DNA of 64,000 nucleotides, taken from positions 54,634,464-54,698,463 of the forward strand of contig NC_043011.1 of NCBI RefSeq assembly GCF_006345805.1, written 5' to 3'. Source of the stretch: Octopus sinensis. Taxonomy: Eukaryota. Position 1 is the stretch's first letter. Each line of letters opens with the position of its first letter. This document shows positions 1-12,987 of the stretch, piece by piece. The notes under the pieces were generated by a model. The model did not search any database. It saw only the letters and a list, made by a program, of their open reading frames with translations, and had not been told where the DNA came from. The translations under genes were made by a program, and so were the position numbers.

Positions 1-100
1 AGTAGTAATGGTAGTAGTAGTAGTAATAGTAGTAGTAGTAGTAGTAATAGTAGTAGTAGTAGTAGTAGTAGTGGTTGTAGCAGTAGTAGTAGTAGTAGTA

Positions 101-157
<57 letters not shown>

Positions 158-240
158 ATGGTAGTAGTAGTAGCAGTAGTGATGGTAGTAGTAGTAGTAG
201 TAGTAGTATTGGTGGTGGTGGTGGTGGTGGTGGTGGTGGT
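1..240. repeat. (AGT)n/(GGT)n trinucleotide microsatellite
   Basis: Direct reading; it produces the poly-Val ORF. Confidence 0.95.
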
Positions 241-435
241 TGGATGGTTTTTATTGGTGTTGTTTGCTGTTAGTGGCATTTGTGATGCGATAATAGGAAA
301 CGCGTAGGCTGTAGTGCCGAGCGGGAAGATGGCGGCGGTTTCCGTCTGTTGATGATGGCTGTTGTAGTGGTTGTTATGGTTATTTTTTTCTTTTCATTGT
401 ACAAGATTGTACGTCGTATCTGTAGCTGTGTAGCT

Positions 436-451
436 GTGTGTGTGTGTGTGT

Positions 452-497
<46 letters not shown>

Positions 498-663
498 TAT
501 TTATACTTGCATAGTGGCAAATCTACATACAGGTGTGTGTGTGTGTGTGTATTTACATATATGTCAGATAGAGAGATAGATAGCTAATCTATCTCTCTCT
601 GTATATATATATGTGTGTATGTGTGTATATGCATATATGTATATATATTTATATATATATATA

Positions 664-714
<51 letters not shown>

Positions 715-734
715 CGTATGTATATATATATTTA

Positions 735-768
<34 letters not shown>

Positions 769-814
769 CATATATATACATATATATATATATACATATA
801 TATATATTATATTT

Positions 815-846
<32 letters not shown>

Positions 847-974
847 CATTATATATACATATATAGATATATAGATACAGATATAGATATAAAATATGCG
901 TTCATACATACACACGCATAAATATATACATAAATGAATATATATATACACATCACATACACACACATATATGA

Positions 975-1013
<39 letters not shown>

Positions 1014-1150
1014 TGTGTATATGTTCGTAAGTACATATATATATATATAAGCTTATATACACGTGCATATGCATATGTATGTACATGCATATATCTGTAT
1101 ACTCACACACACACACACACACACACACACCAAACATATATACACATACA
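436..1150. repeat. Compound (GT)n/(TA)n/(CA)n microsatellite block, representative of dozens in the window
   Basis: Direct reading. Similar blocks at about 6065-6670, 10850-11000, 29200-30640, 37720-38410, 46955-47900, 53300-53680 and 59620-60180. Confidence 0.95.
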
Positions 1151-1533
1151 CACGCACATTCTCTTATATTCATATTTGCTTTTGTGAACGTCTGAGCGTG
1201 CGCACACGCGTAAATTACGAGATAGGTTAGCATGTATTGAGATAAGAATACTTTCACAAGAAGCCAGAGGGCATATATGATTTTCACCTTGATATTAACT
1301 GACAGTTATCCTTCATTGCCATTGTTAAACCGTACTCCTGTGTAAACGCTGGCACGGCTCCTGTTTTCTACAATAGAAATCACACAGATTCTGTTACATC
1401 CAACGCCGTCAGTCCGACTTTTCGGCATAAATCATGCTTTAATTGATCAGAGTTTTCAGACGTCCTGTTGGACATAACTTTGGTCAATCGGCCCAAATGT
1501 CGTACTTTCATATTGTGTCTTCAGCGCTATACT

Positions 1534-1547
1534 GTTTCCTTGGCAAC
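1534..1547. promoter_or_regulatory. Candidate RFX X-box
   Basis: GTTTCC-TT-GGCAAC matches the GTTNCC N0-3 RGYAAC consensus and lies in non-repetitive sequence. Confidence 0.4.
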
Positions 1548-1852
1548 GGTACTTAACTATCAATAGCACAGTCCGCTCTTTTGTAAAGAGGCGACATGTA
1601 GGATTTCAGATCAATGTAATTAATGGTTGTATTATTGTATAATTTTTCTCTTGTATGAGTAGATCGATGTTTTTTTGAATGAAATTGGAGTAGGCGAAGC
1701 AAGGAGTTTGCTAACTGTAGCTGCGTGTTTGGGATTTGGCCGACGGAAATTGTGCGGAAACCTATTCTATGTAAGAACACACATACACGCACACACACAC
1801 ACACACTCACATTTGCGATGTTACGTACTTAATATATGTGTTTTGTGTATGT

Positions 1853-2085
1853 AAGGCGGCGAGCTGGCAGAAACGTTAGCACGCCGGGCGAAATGCTTAG
1901 CGGTATTTCGTCTGCCGTTACGTTCTGAGTTCAAATTCCGCCGAGGTAGACTTTGCCTTTCATCCTTTCGGGGGTCGATAAATTAAATATCAGTTATGCA
2001 CTGGGGTCGATGTAATCGACTTAATCCCTTTGTCTGCCCTTGTTCGACCCCTCTATGTTTAGCCCCTTGTGGGCAATAAAGAAAT
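1853..2085 (+). mobile_element. tRNA-derived SINE family A (Meta-domain-like), full copy
   Basis: Head AAGGCGGCGAGCTGGCAGAA, B-box GAGTTCAAATT, body GACTTTGCCTTTCATCCTTTCGGGG. 21-bp target-site duplication ATATATGTGTTTTGTGTATGT at 1832-1852 and 2086-2106. Confidence 0.9.
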
Positions 2086-2222
2086 ATATATGTGTTTTGT
2101 GTATGTGCTTGTTGCTTGTGGAATTCGTCAAAGGAAAAGTACCTCTAAGACATCGAATGTTAAAAAAACAACATAGAATGCCTCAAAGCAGGTGAAACGA
2201 ATCGCCCTGTTGGTGAATGGGG

Positions 2223-2269
2223 ACGGTGGATATCTATGTTTCGTTGTTACTTCAGTTCATCAGCACCGT
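2223..2269 (-). ncRNA. Degenerate type I hammerhead ribozyme motif next to a PLE
   Basis: Minus strand: ACGGTG-CTGATGA-(14 nt)-GAAAC-ATAGATA-TC-CACCGT. Perfect 6-bp stem I and canonical core; stems II and III are decayed. Confidence 0.6.
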
Positions 2270-2399
2270 ATACCCGATTCACTTCGAAACGAATTCGAAT
2301 CACTAGTCTAGGGTACATATGCAGATTGTGTAAAAATCTATCTACTGATGTGCAGAAGCGCTACACAACTGAAGCAATAATCAATTTTGAATTAGAAGC

Positions 2400-3265
2400 A
2401 ACTCTACTAATGTAAAAATTACCAATGTCACATAATATCTGTGTTTATTAGCAGCAGGATTCTTTAGAAGAAGAGAGATTAGATATCCTATCTAAAGAAA
2501 TATTTGATAAGGTATCCCCCCTACTATAACAATGTTCTAGGCAACAGTAACTCAAAAGATAGATTTATTACAGCTCCTCTAGCAAAAATAAGAATCGTAA
2601 AAATAGACCTAAGAGCAAATAGACGCAAGAACATAATTTGGTTATCCTCCACCGTTTCTTACTAAATACTAAAACCGACGTAAACGAGAGATTCTTGTCT
2701 CTCTGAGATAAATATTTCTCAGATAATCACAAATATAGAAAGATCTTCAATCGTTACTCAGTTAAATTGCTCTATAGGTGCTACCCCAGTATGAAGAACA
2801 TTATTACCCGGAAACACCACCAAAAGCCTATTTCCATTTGTAGCTGTAGGGACGCTAGAGCTTGCCCACTTGACCAGGTGAGCATGGTAAACACCGTCCT
2901 ATATGAGGCAGAAGTCACAGCAATGCTACATGATAACCAAACCGAACCGAACAGAAGAATTACATCGAGTTATGCGAAGGCGACTTCGAAAGACGCTATG
3001 CAAACCATTTATCTTCTTAGTAAAGCCACTAAGTTGGTTAACCATGGGGTTTGAAGACCGATTCCACGCCTCATACAATCAAATGAAAAATCGTAGAAAA
3101 ATCCATGCAATATATTAATGCATCTAAGAAATGCAAGTTATGCATAACTAAAATTTCACACATCCTTTTTACATTTAAGAATTACACCGCACTGATGAAT
3201 TCCAGATCAGAAATTTTCAACAATTGTAATCATACAGACAAATTTATTTTGGCGAATTGGGGACA
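2400..3265 (+). mobile_element. Decayed Penelope-like element (RT C-terminus, Cys linker, GIY-YIG remnant)
   Basis: Translations KYRKIFNRYSVKLLYRCYPSMKNII, CSCRDARACPL..VLYEAEVT and C-terminal LMNSRSEIFNNCNH resemble PLE motifs. Many stops and frameshifts. Confidence 0.7.
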
Positions 3266-3503
3266 CTAGCCTCTCCGGAATAAGTAGCCGTATTGCAGAC
3301 TTTAGACCCCTCTCCATTCAATCAACACTAACTTACTTTATCATAGCTTTACGGTCAAAGAGGGCATAACTCTAATTCTATATTTTTTCTCTTTTTCCCT
3401 TCTTTTTTGTTTTCTTTTCACCCCTTCACTTTTTACATCCACCTTCCTCTCGTTTTTTCTAATGATTTCTATTGTTCTATCGTCCTGATTTCTAATGTGC
3501 TCA

Positions 3504-3588
3504 GAGCTTGAAGATTTTTTGTAGACACCAGGCGTGTTATAAGACCTGCCTAGAGCGCGTCTCTAATATCTGAAACTATTAGTAGCTC
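3504..3588 (+). ncRNA. Hammerhead-like motif in the 3' terminal region of the PLE
   Basis: GAGC-TTGAAGA-(long imperfect stem II)-GAAA-CTATTAG-TA-GCTC. Stem I GAGC/GCTC, near-palindromic stem III, GUA site. Confidence 0.55.
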
Positions 3589-4021
3589 ATAACTACATAC
3601 TGTGTACACTAAAATATATTTATCTTTCACCAAATGGGGTACTTTTTTATTGATCTTACCTTAACGGGAAAGCAAACCATGTGTGTGTGTGTGTGTGTGT
3701 GCACATTCCAGCGAATGGAGTGAATGGAACAAGAACACACACGGAAATGAAAAGTGTCACTAAAGAGGTCACAGATGTGTGACGAAAGATTTCCGGACAA
3801 TGGACAGGCGTCAAAATAATAATAATAATAAAATAACAAAAATAAACGAGTGAATAAAAAATAAAGTGCGTGTGTTTATTCTTGAAAATAATAATAATAA
3901 TAAATAAAATGACCATCCCGAAGTACAACAATATCTGTTTCAACACACGATTTCACATCAGGAATCTTGCAAAACGAATTGATAAACCTTATTATTATTG
4001 TTATTATTATTATTATTATTT

Positions 4022-4520
4022 ACTTTTAATCTGCATGTTTGTTACAATCACTAGCCGAGACACACCCAACGTCCTGGGGCGAGTGAAGGATAAGCGATGT
4101 TACAGTTTGACTGAAAGCTTGAGGAGCAGGAGTAGCAGGGGCAGTAGCGAAATATTTTCATGTAATACAACACTTACATTTAAATGGACAGGGTCTTTCT
4201 AAGGATGTGGGCAGTTCTTGTCAGTACAATCATTTGGATTTCTCTGAGACATGGTTCTCCTGGGACATTACCTAGATGTTTCTGATATCCCTTTCTTATC
4301 ATACCGAGGGCATTCACAATAATAGGAACAGTTCTCGCTTTAAGATGTCACATCTTTTGTATTTCAATTTCCAGGTCCTTATATTTACTTAATTTTTCAA
4401 ATTCCTTTACAGATATATTTTTATACTCCAGTTTCCTGAGATGGCTTACATTAGAACATAGTTTCCTTTCGTTGTTTTTGTGGATTCTTAATTCCTGGTT
4501 CGTGATAGTATCAGATTATA
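4022..4520 (-). mobile_element. Internally deleted R4/Dong-like RLE LINE derivative within (TAA)n
   Basis: Minus translation ISVKEFEKLSKYKDLEIEIQKM*HLKARTVPIIVNALGMI (RLE C-terminus) fused to a ~90-nt leader that recurs at 21986-22078. TAA/CAA repeats on both flanks. Confidence 0.7.
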
Positions 4521-4563
4521 TTGTTGTTGTTGTTGTTGTTGTTGTTGGTTGTTGTTGTTGTTG

Positions 4564-4602
<39 letters not shown>

Positions 4603-4619
4603 TATTATTATTATTGTTA

Positions 4620-4684
<65 letters not shown>

Positions 4685-4685
<1 letters not shown>

Positions 4686-4905
4686 GGCGGCAAGCAGGCA
4701 GAATCGTTAGTACGCCGGGTGAAATACTTAGCAGTATTTCGGCCGTCGCTACTTTCTGAGTTCAAAATTCCGCCGTGGTCGACTTTTCCTTTCATCCTTT
4801 GGGGGGGTCGATAAAATAACTACCAGTGAAACACAAGAGTCGATGTAATCGACTAGTCCTCTCTCCATAATTTCAGGCCTTGTGCCTGTAGTAAAAAGGA
4901 TTATT
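4685..4905 (+). mobile_element. SINE family A
   Basis: Same head and body as 1853-2085. Confidence 0.85.
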
Positions 4906-5192
4906 ATTATTATAATTATCATTTTGGTTGTTGTTGTTGCTGTTGCTGTCCAATTTTTGTATATCTCAAGTACTTAAATGTCAATCAGTTCAGACATTTC
5001 AGTTGAGGAGCAGTCATCAAAAAGCTAACAAAAGTCTCTTCGTGTTTCTTCTCCCGTGCCTTACATAGACAAAACTTTCCTTCAAATACTTACTGTACCA
5101 AAAAGTGCTGTCTTAACCTTACATCAATTCAGACTCATCAATATTCCATTCTCACAAGAATGGGATTTCTCAACTGTATTCACTCGAAAAAT

Positions 5193-5613
5193 GCCTATTT
5201 CTTTACTACCCACAAGGGGCTAAACACAGAAGAGACAAACAAGGACAGACAAACAGATTAAATCGATTACATCAACCCCAGTGCGTAACTAGTACTTAAT
5301 TTATCGACCACCGAAAGGATGAAAGGCAAAGTCGACCTCGGCAGAATTTGAACTCAGAACGTAATAGCAGACGAAATACCTATTTCTTTACTACCCACAA
5401 GAGGCTAAACACTGGGGGACAAACAAGGACAGGCAAATGGATTAAGTCGATTATATCGACCCCAGTGCGTAACTGGTACTTAATTTATTGACCCCGAAAG
5501 GATGAAAGGCAAAATCGACCTCAGCGAAATTTGAACTCAGAACGAAACGGCAGACGAAATACGGCTCTGCATTTCGCCCAGCGTGCTAATGTTTCTGCCA
5601 ACTCACCGCCTTT
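5193..5613 (-). mobile_element. SINE family A with internally duplicated body
   Basis: Two body units and one head. TSD TTCACTCGAAAAAT at 5179-5192 and 5614-5627. Confidence 0.85.
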
Positions 5614-6069
5614 TTCACTCGAAAAATACCGTTAAAATTGTCTTCAGCTTATTGCTGTTTCTCTGAATATTCCTGGTTTTGTAGTCCAATATTTAATGTT
5701 TGTTGGCCGAACAAAGAGAGAGTGAGGAACGTGAAAAAAAACTTGTAAGCATTATTCCTGGGAATTTCAGAAATTCAATTCTATGTACATTTTATCTATT
5801 CCTATATAAATACATTCATTTTATTCCTTCATCTTTAAACACTAACAAGCGATATAGAACATTATCATATTAGTTAAACAAACTGCCTATTTATCTCTGA
5901 TATTCTCAACAGAAAAATACAGTAATATTTCATATTAATCGCCATTAAAAAGTACTACTATAAAATGGTTGCAATTTACACAAAATACGAGGTTTTAATA
6001 TTACCTTTCGAGCAGGGTTGTACAAGTAATTATCTATTATCGAACAAGATCCCCGGTGACCACTATATA

Positions 6070-6100
<31 letters not shown>

Positions 6101-6187
6101 GTGTATGCATGTATGTATGTATGTATGTATGTATGTATGTATGTATGTATGTATGTATGTATGTATGTATATATATATATATATATA

Positions 6188-6230
<43 letters not shown>

Positions 6231-6290
6231 TAGATAGATATAAACATACATATACATATATATATATAAGCATATATACATATATATAAG

Positions 6291-6400
6291 AAATTTTTGC
6301 GTAATGAGATAAACATCCAAGGCTGTGTAGATATTAAAACATTTATAGATAGGTCTTACAGCTGTTTCCAGGATATTTATTAATTATATCCCTTCATCGG
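6291..6400 (-). mobile_element. Short non-coding element with a 5'-truncated hammerhead-like motif, in (TA)n
   Basis: Minus strand: CCGATGA-AGGGATAT...ATATCCTG-GAAA-CAGCTG-TA-AGACC. Same family as 42124-42366. Confidence 0.65.
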
Positions 6401-6550
6401 GATATATATATATATATATATATACATACATACATATATATATACATGCATATATATATACATGCATACATATATATATACATATATATATATATACATG
6501 CATACATATATATATATATATATATATGCATGTATATATATATATGCATG

Positions 6551-6620
<70 letters not shown>

Positions 6621-6627
6621 ATATATA

Positions 6628-6667
<40 letters not shown>

Positions 6668-6937
6668 TGTATGTATAGCGTAACAGTAGATATTCTGTTG
6701 TATATCTTTATCCACATTGTATATATAACGTAGACATTAGATTAACTTAAGGCGAAGTAGATAATTTTTTAGAATTGAGAAAAATCGCGATAAAACGTTT
6801 TAGCTTTTGATTTCTACCATATTAACTTCATCCTTTATGCTGCTTTATCTAATTCTATGCTCTGGTCACGTGGCCTGAGCTGCAGAGGAAGAAGGAAACT
6901 TGTAGCTATGTAAATTTACGACACCGTTTAGACTTTA

Positions 6938-7665
6938 GGAGGTGGTATCAAAAAATTCCCGGACTAGATCTGTAGCGCGCCAACAGATGACAGCACAGGG
7001 TTGCGTGCCCAGTGAGAACTAGCAGTGACCATGAGGCAGTATGTTGACTGATATTGCTGTGTTTACTTCGCAAACTGAGAAAATTGTGTGTTTGTGATCA
7101 GGTGTATGCTGTTTCTGCGACTTTTTCATGAACAGGAAGTTGGAAAAAAGCGACAACATGAAATTTTGCGTTGAAACTCGCAAAGTCTGCGACAGAGACA
7201 TTGAACATGCTTTGGCAAGCTTACGCCGAGAAGGCAACGGATCGTATACAATGTTTCGAGCGGTACGGGCGCTTCAAAAGCGAAAGAATGTCCCTGCAAG
7301 AGGTGCCACGAGCGTCATCCCCGGAAATGTGGGAAAAAAATTCCTCAGTTAGAGCACGGGGATTGTCGGAGGACAATCAACGACGTTTCGAAACTTTTGA
7401 AGGAGGACATTCGGCGAAAATGGCCGGATCTGTGGAGTGCGACGAATTAATCGTAACTTAGCGGTTCGGCAAAAGAGACCGATAAAATAAGTACTAAGAT
7501 TTACGAAGAATAAGTCCTGGGGTCGATTTGCTCGACTAAAGGCGGTGCTCCAGCATGGCCGCAGTCAAATGGCTGAAACAAGTAAAAGAAAAGAAAGAAA
7601 GAGATAGGGATGTATTTTTTTTATTTTTAATATAACTCGTCCGGGAACTTTTCGATACCACCCGG
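6938..7665 (+). mobile_element. Internally deleted mariner element carrying a SINE tail at about 7455-7600
   Basis: TIRs GGTGGTATCAAAAAATTCCCGGAC / GTCCGGGAACTTTTCGATACCACC. HTH remnant MKFCVE..SATETLNMLWQAY..RIQCFERYGRFK. Confidence 0.8.
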
Positions 7666-8007
7666 CATAGTGAAGTAAAAATTGACAGAATTTGTAGCAT
7701 ATTCGTCAAGAGAATGACCTGAACGCCAAAATTTTGTCTTCTTGTAAACTAAATATCCTGCTCCATGTAAGAAAAAAAACCGATCATCATATTCGCTAGT
7801 TATTTACATTTAATCATATTTAGTTGTTAATGAATCGTTATATGCACGGTGAACAGCGCGATTTGAAAAGATGACTAGCGTATTTATTCTTAATACGTTC
7901 CGCCAGGTTCGAACGTGAATAGGTCAATCGTTGATGTATTTCGTAACAGGAGAACAACGTCACCTTTATGATAACTATTTGTTCATAATCACGGTATCAT
8001 GGTATCG

Positions 8008-8394
8008 GTGGAGGCGCAATGGCCCAGTGGTTAGGGCAGCGGAATCGCGGTCATAGGATCGCGGTTTCAATTCCCAGACCGGGCGTTGTGAGTGTTTATT
8101 GAGCGAAAACACCTAAAAGTTCCACGAGGCTCCGGCAGGGGATGGTGGTGATCCCTGCTGTACTCTTTCACCACAACTTTCTCTCACTCTTACTTCCTGT
8201 TTCTGTTGTACCTGTATTTCAAGGGGTCGGCCTTGTCACTCTCTGTGTCACGCTGAATATCCCCGAGAACTATGTTAAGGGTACACGTGTCTGTGGAGTG
8301 CTCAGCCACTTACACGTTAATTTCACGAGCAGGCTGTTCCGTTGATTCGGATCAACCGGAACCCTCATCGTCGTAACCGACGGAGTGCTTCCAC
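8008..8394 (+). mobile_element. tRNA-derived SINE family B, full copy
   Basis: A-box TGGCCCAGTGG, B-box-like GGTTTCAATTCCC. TSD ATCATGGTATCG at 7996-8007 and 8395-8406. Confidence 0.9.
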
Positions 8395-9644
8395 ATCATG
8401 GTATCGACCAGACTATCTGATGCTGTTATATATCACTGGTCACAACTCACTTTGCTTTTTAGCTTTTGTATGATGCCACCACGCTGGCTGGACCAATAGG
8501 CCGACGTTCCCCCTGATCAGAAGGTTTTTTTCGTCGTAGAGTTACTCATTCACAGCTCAAGAAGACTACGTTCCACCTGGTCCTGGATTCGAACCCACTA
8601 TCTAGCGATTGATGATTCTAGACAAAATCCGATGGCCTTGTGTTAAACTTCATCGAACAGCTTGTTCGCTGATCGAAGCTGATATCTGCCAACTGATAAT
8701 GAATTGTTATATGCTTGGTGAACAGCAAGATCCGAAACGATGATTTGTATATTTATTGTTCATACGTTCCGGCAGATGCGAACGCAAATACGCTAATCGC
8801 AGTTGTGTTCGTCACAGGAGACAAAACACTTCATCTCTCGTGGTTCTGCGATTCCTTCGACACCTGTTCAGGCTACGCTGATTTGATGGAGGCCGTGAGC
8901 AGAGGCAAATCATGTGCAAATTGTTCAGCTAGAAATTGCAGAACCGTTTTTCTCGGACTACATCATGTATACACTTTTGTGCGTGTATGTATATAAGTAA
9001 ACATACAAAATATGTCTGTCTGAATGTAAGTACACTCTCGCTTTCTTTCCCTTTTTCTTTCTCATACGCACACACATATCTGTTTTCAAATCTCTCAGTT
9101 CATTAATCAAAAATATAAATGTTTTTTGGAGAGAGGAGGGGTTGCTATTTTATTTATTTATTTATTTACCTGGTTTTTTTTTCCTTTTTTTTTGTCGAAT
9201 TCTTCGAATATTTCGGCCTGTCTCATTGGTATTTTATTTATGGGCCTCACATACCAATTTTCTGGTTTTTCAGGCTTGGTGGAAAATGAGACAAAAACGG
9301 AATGAAAAAGGAAAATTTCAGTGTAATACGGTACCGACAAATAACGTTAAAAAAAAAAAGAAGCTGTCTCGACCATTCTATTTTGGGGTTGTCTGCGACT
9401 GTAATTGTCAGGATGAATTATATTGTTGGCGTATTTCCTCTTTCTTTATCTTTCTATTTGCTGTAGTTTTTATGTAGGTTTCTGTGTAATTATGATTATT
9501 TATGTGTTTGTGCGAGCATGCGTGCATTTCTGTCTTTACTTACCGCTTTTCCTTTCAAAGACGTAAACGATTCCTCTAAAATAGATTTTGTTCCTCATCT
9601 GAGATCTGAGACAGGGAGAGAAAAAGACAAAGAAAGAAAAGAAA

Positions 9645-9682
<38 letters not shown>

Positions 9683-10880
9683 AGAACAGAATGAAAGAGA
9701 GAGAAATAGCAATGAGAGAGATTTGCTACAAATAGTATCGTATTATTTTCATGAAAGCAAAATTTTTTTAATTTTTCAAAGTTCGCAAAAATAAAAATGA
9801 AGTTTTGATTGCGTAAGGAGAAAAAGAAGACAAGGAAGGGTGCAGAATAAATGGCATTTAACTTTACGTTGCACGGAAGAAGAAATGAAATTGAAGGTGA
9901 CGTTGCATACAGTGTCTCTTTGAAAGGTTACAAAAGCGAAAGTGAAAGGGAGAATATATGGGAAACATAAGAAAATTGTGTTTTCACGTGGCAGAATGGT
10001 GGAAGTGTTGGAAGAAAAGTAGAAGGGTATCATCAAGTGGTTTCATCAAAGCAACAGAGGTTGTTGTAAGTTTTGTATATTGCATACGCGTGTAACGGAC
10101 AGCAGCGCATGGACTAAGTATAAAAGCGCGAAGAATGTGTGTATGGGGAGAGATTGCGTATAGCAAGTATTGCATGGGTGGTAATACTTTTATATGGGTT
10201 ATGTGTGTATTTTTTTGACAGCATGCGTTTTACGTATTCCAAGTATGTGTTCGAAGAGAGCGTACTGGCTTTTCAAAAGTTGTGGATATGGCATACTGAG
10301 GTGGAAGGTGAGCCGTTCTTCACATTGTAGTCGGGATCCGGGAGAGCCGCACTGTAAGAGACGGAAACATGTAGAGAAAAGTAGCTACACGAACTGAATT
10401 AAAAATTCGCCGTTTGTGCGTGCGCATGTTTTCTGTGCACGTGTGAGTGTGTGAAATGATGGTAATTTATACTTCCGTTTCTCCGAGTGCATCACCAACT
10501 GTCAACCTAAACATATATAAAATCTATGTAACGTGTTGAGAGCTCACCTTTTTCCTTTGACTACGTAGATGTGTTTGTATATGCATATGTGTATATATAG
10601 TATTTCTATTCTTTTTTGCTTTTTTTCTCTTCCCTTTAGTCCTTCTTTTCTAAATCATCACTGTTCTTCCCTTTCCTTTTTGTCTCTCTTTCACGTAAAT
10701 TATACTTACACATGCTGCCTCACTTCGCTCCCCACTCCACGCTTCCCCTTAAGTTTCTGTGCCTTTGTTCTGTTAATGCATAAATATCTGTATATTTATG
10801 CATCAATATTCATCGTGTATATTTTTAAATCTTCGTTTTCTATTTACACACACACATATATATCTATATATATTATATAT

Positions 10881-10977
<97 letters not shown>

Positions 10978-11349
10978 GTATGTATATATATATATATGCT
11001 GGGAGAATCGTTAGCACGCCAGACAAAATGCTTAACAATATTTGGTCTGTCTTCACGCTCTGAGTTCCATTAACGTCGACTTTGCATTTCGTCTTTTCAG
11101 GATCATTAAAATAAGTACCAGTTGAGTAATATTTTTGCATAAATTATGGAATTAAATCCTTAACCCGAAAATAGCTAAACATGGTGTTGCTCCAGCATGG
11201 CCGCAGTCAAATATGGCTGAAACAAGTAAAAGAATATAAGAATAAAAGAATGTATGTTGTATCAGAACTCTCGACATGTGAATTAAAGAATAACAATCCA
11301 TCTAGATAATCGTTTCACCTGGATAACTCCATCCATCCATTCTCCGCCG

Positions 11350-11710
11350 ACTATTCCTGAAAGGGTTGTGAAGGGCATACTCTTCAGGCACCTCCTCCAT
11401 TGGGTCCTACCAGAAGCAATCGTCATTACACTTCGCGACTGGTTTCCCAATTTCCCAAGCGTGACCAGCTTAGACTTTGGATATTATCCATCCACCTCCT
11501 TCTTGGTCTATCCCTGGGTCTTTTACCAGTTGGCTCGGCTTGAAGAATCTATCTTCAGATACTTTCTTACAACATTCTAATAACATGTCCACTGTACCGG
11601 AGAAGTGACGTCTCAATGCGGAGAAATAACGGTTTTGACCAGGAGAGATTTCTTGATCTCTTAACTACGCATTCTGTCGAGCGAGTGACGTTGATTCGGG
11701 AATCCTTCGG
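11350..11710 (-). mobile_element. RTE-like LINE 3' remnant
   Basis: PLFLRIETSLLRYSGHVIRM resembles the LRWFGHVxRM motif. A related copy lies at 48060-48380 (+). Confidence 0.65.
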
Positions 11711-12518
11711 AGGGATTCCATTTTGGCCGTTTGTATTCGCGATCGTAACCACTCGGTCATTTCTCATCATTCACATCTACAGATATGTACAGGCACGAAA
11801 ACCGAATTGAAGATAGTGAGTTTGGCTTCTTTTTTTTCTTTTTGCCAACCTCTCTTCTTCCGAGGATCGAATGCTGGAGCTGGCCCATGACACGTTTCAG
11901 TTACGTCATAATCGAATTCAGAAGCAATAAAAATTGTAAAAAAAAAAAAAGAATCAAAATGGAGCATATATGACATGTCTGTCGTAATGTAAACGTCAAT
12001 AAAGTTGGATGTAATTTAAACAGAATCTCAAGTTGTTCTAGTTTAGTTTCAGGTTGGTAGTGACCGGACAGACCTATGATTAAAGATAGGTTGTTTGCAG
12101 ATATGACAGGAATTTGATACAAATATCAAACAAAAGGAAGAACTGTATCGATAAATACCGAAGGAAAAAAAAATGGAAAGAACAATCACAACCATATTTA
12201 ACAGAAATATAATCCCAGGTATATATGAATGATGGTGGGAGGGGATATTATTGTGTCTATTGATTAGGATTTGAGGGCATTTGAGTTAGGGAAGAAACGA
12301 TTGAAGTAGGATTGATTGACAGGTCATAGAAAGTCTTGATTTATCACAGGGTCACCACATCGAGAAATAAACCTGGCTGAGGTTGCCCCTTTCCTAACAA
12401 CTCGTTTTTTTATTAACCACAAGGGCCCAAAATAGAGGGGGACATACAAGAACAGACAGGACACCACAGAGGGGACAATACATAAAACGAATATGAATGA
12501 GATGGTTATATAATGGAT

Positions 12519-12901
12519 GGAAGCACTCCGTCGGTTACGACGATGAGGGTTCCGGTTGATCCGACCAACGGAACAGCCTGCTCGTGAAATTAACGTGTAA
12601 GTGGCTGAGCACTCCACAGACACGTGTACCCTCAACGTAGTTCTCGGGGATATTCAGCGTGACATAGAGAGTGACAAGGCCGGCCCTTTGAAATACAGGT
12701 ACAACAGAAACAGGAAGAAAGAGTGAGAGAAAGTTGTGGTGAAAGAGTACAGCAGGGATCACCACCATCCCCTGCCGGAGCCTCGTGGAGCTTTAGGTGT
12801 TTTCGCTCAATAAACACTCACAACGCCCGGTCTGGGAATCGAAACAGCGATCCTACGACCGCGAGTCCGCTGCCCTAACCACTGGGCCATTGCGCCTCCA
12901 C
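12519..12901 (-). mobile_element. SINE family B, full copy
   Basis: Near-identical reverse complement of 8008-8394. Confidence 0.9.
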
Positions 12902-12987
12902 GGTTATATATTAATGAGGTTATGGATGGCTGCCAACAAATGAAAATCATAAGTACGAGATATAAGAGACATGAAATGACTTAATAA

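Noticed and set aside
326-336. YY1-like AAGATGGCGGC as a start site
   Set aside because: Isolated motif between microsatellites; the ATG frame stops after 7 codons.
1495-1530. Minus-strand CTGAAGA-CACAATAT-GAAA-GTAC
   Set aside because: No stem I or II pairing and no U at the cleavage position.
3192-3217. CTGATGA...GAAA as a hammerhead
   Set aside because: No stems I or II; it is PLE coding sequence (LMNSRSEIF).
8008-8080. SINE heads as tRNA genes (also at 12830-12900 and 14030-14103)
   Set aside because: They have A/B boxes but no complete cloverleaf and continue into SINE bodies.
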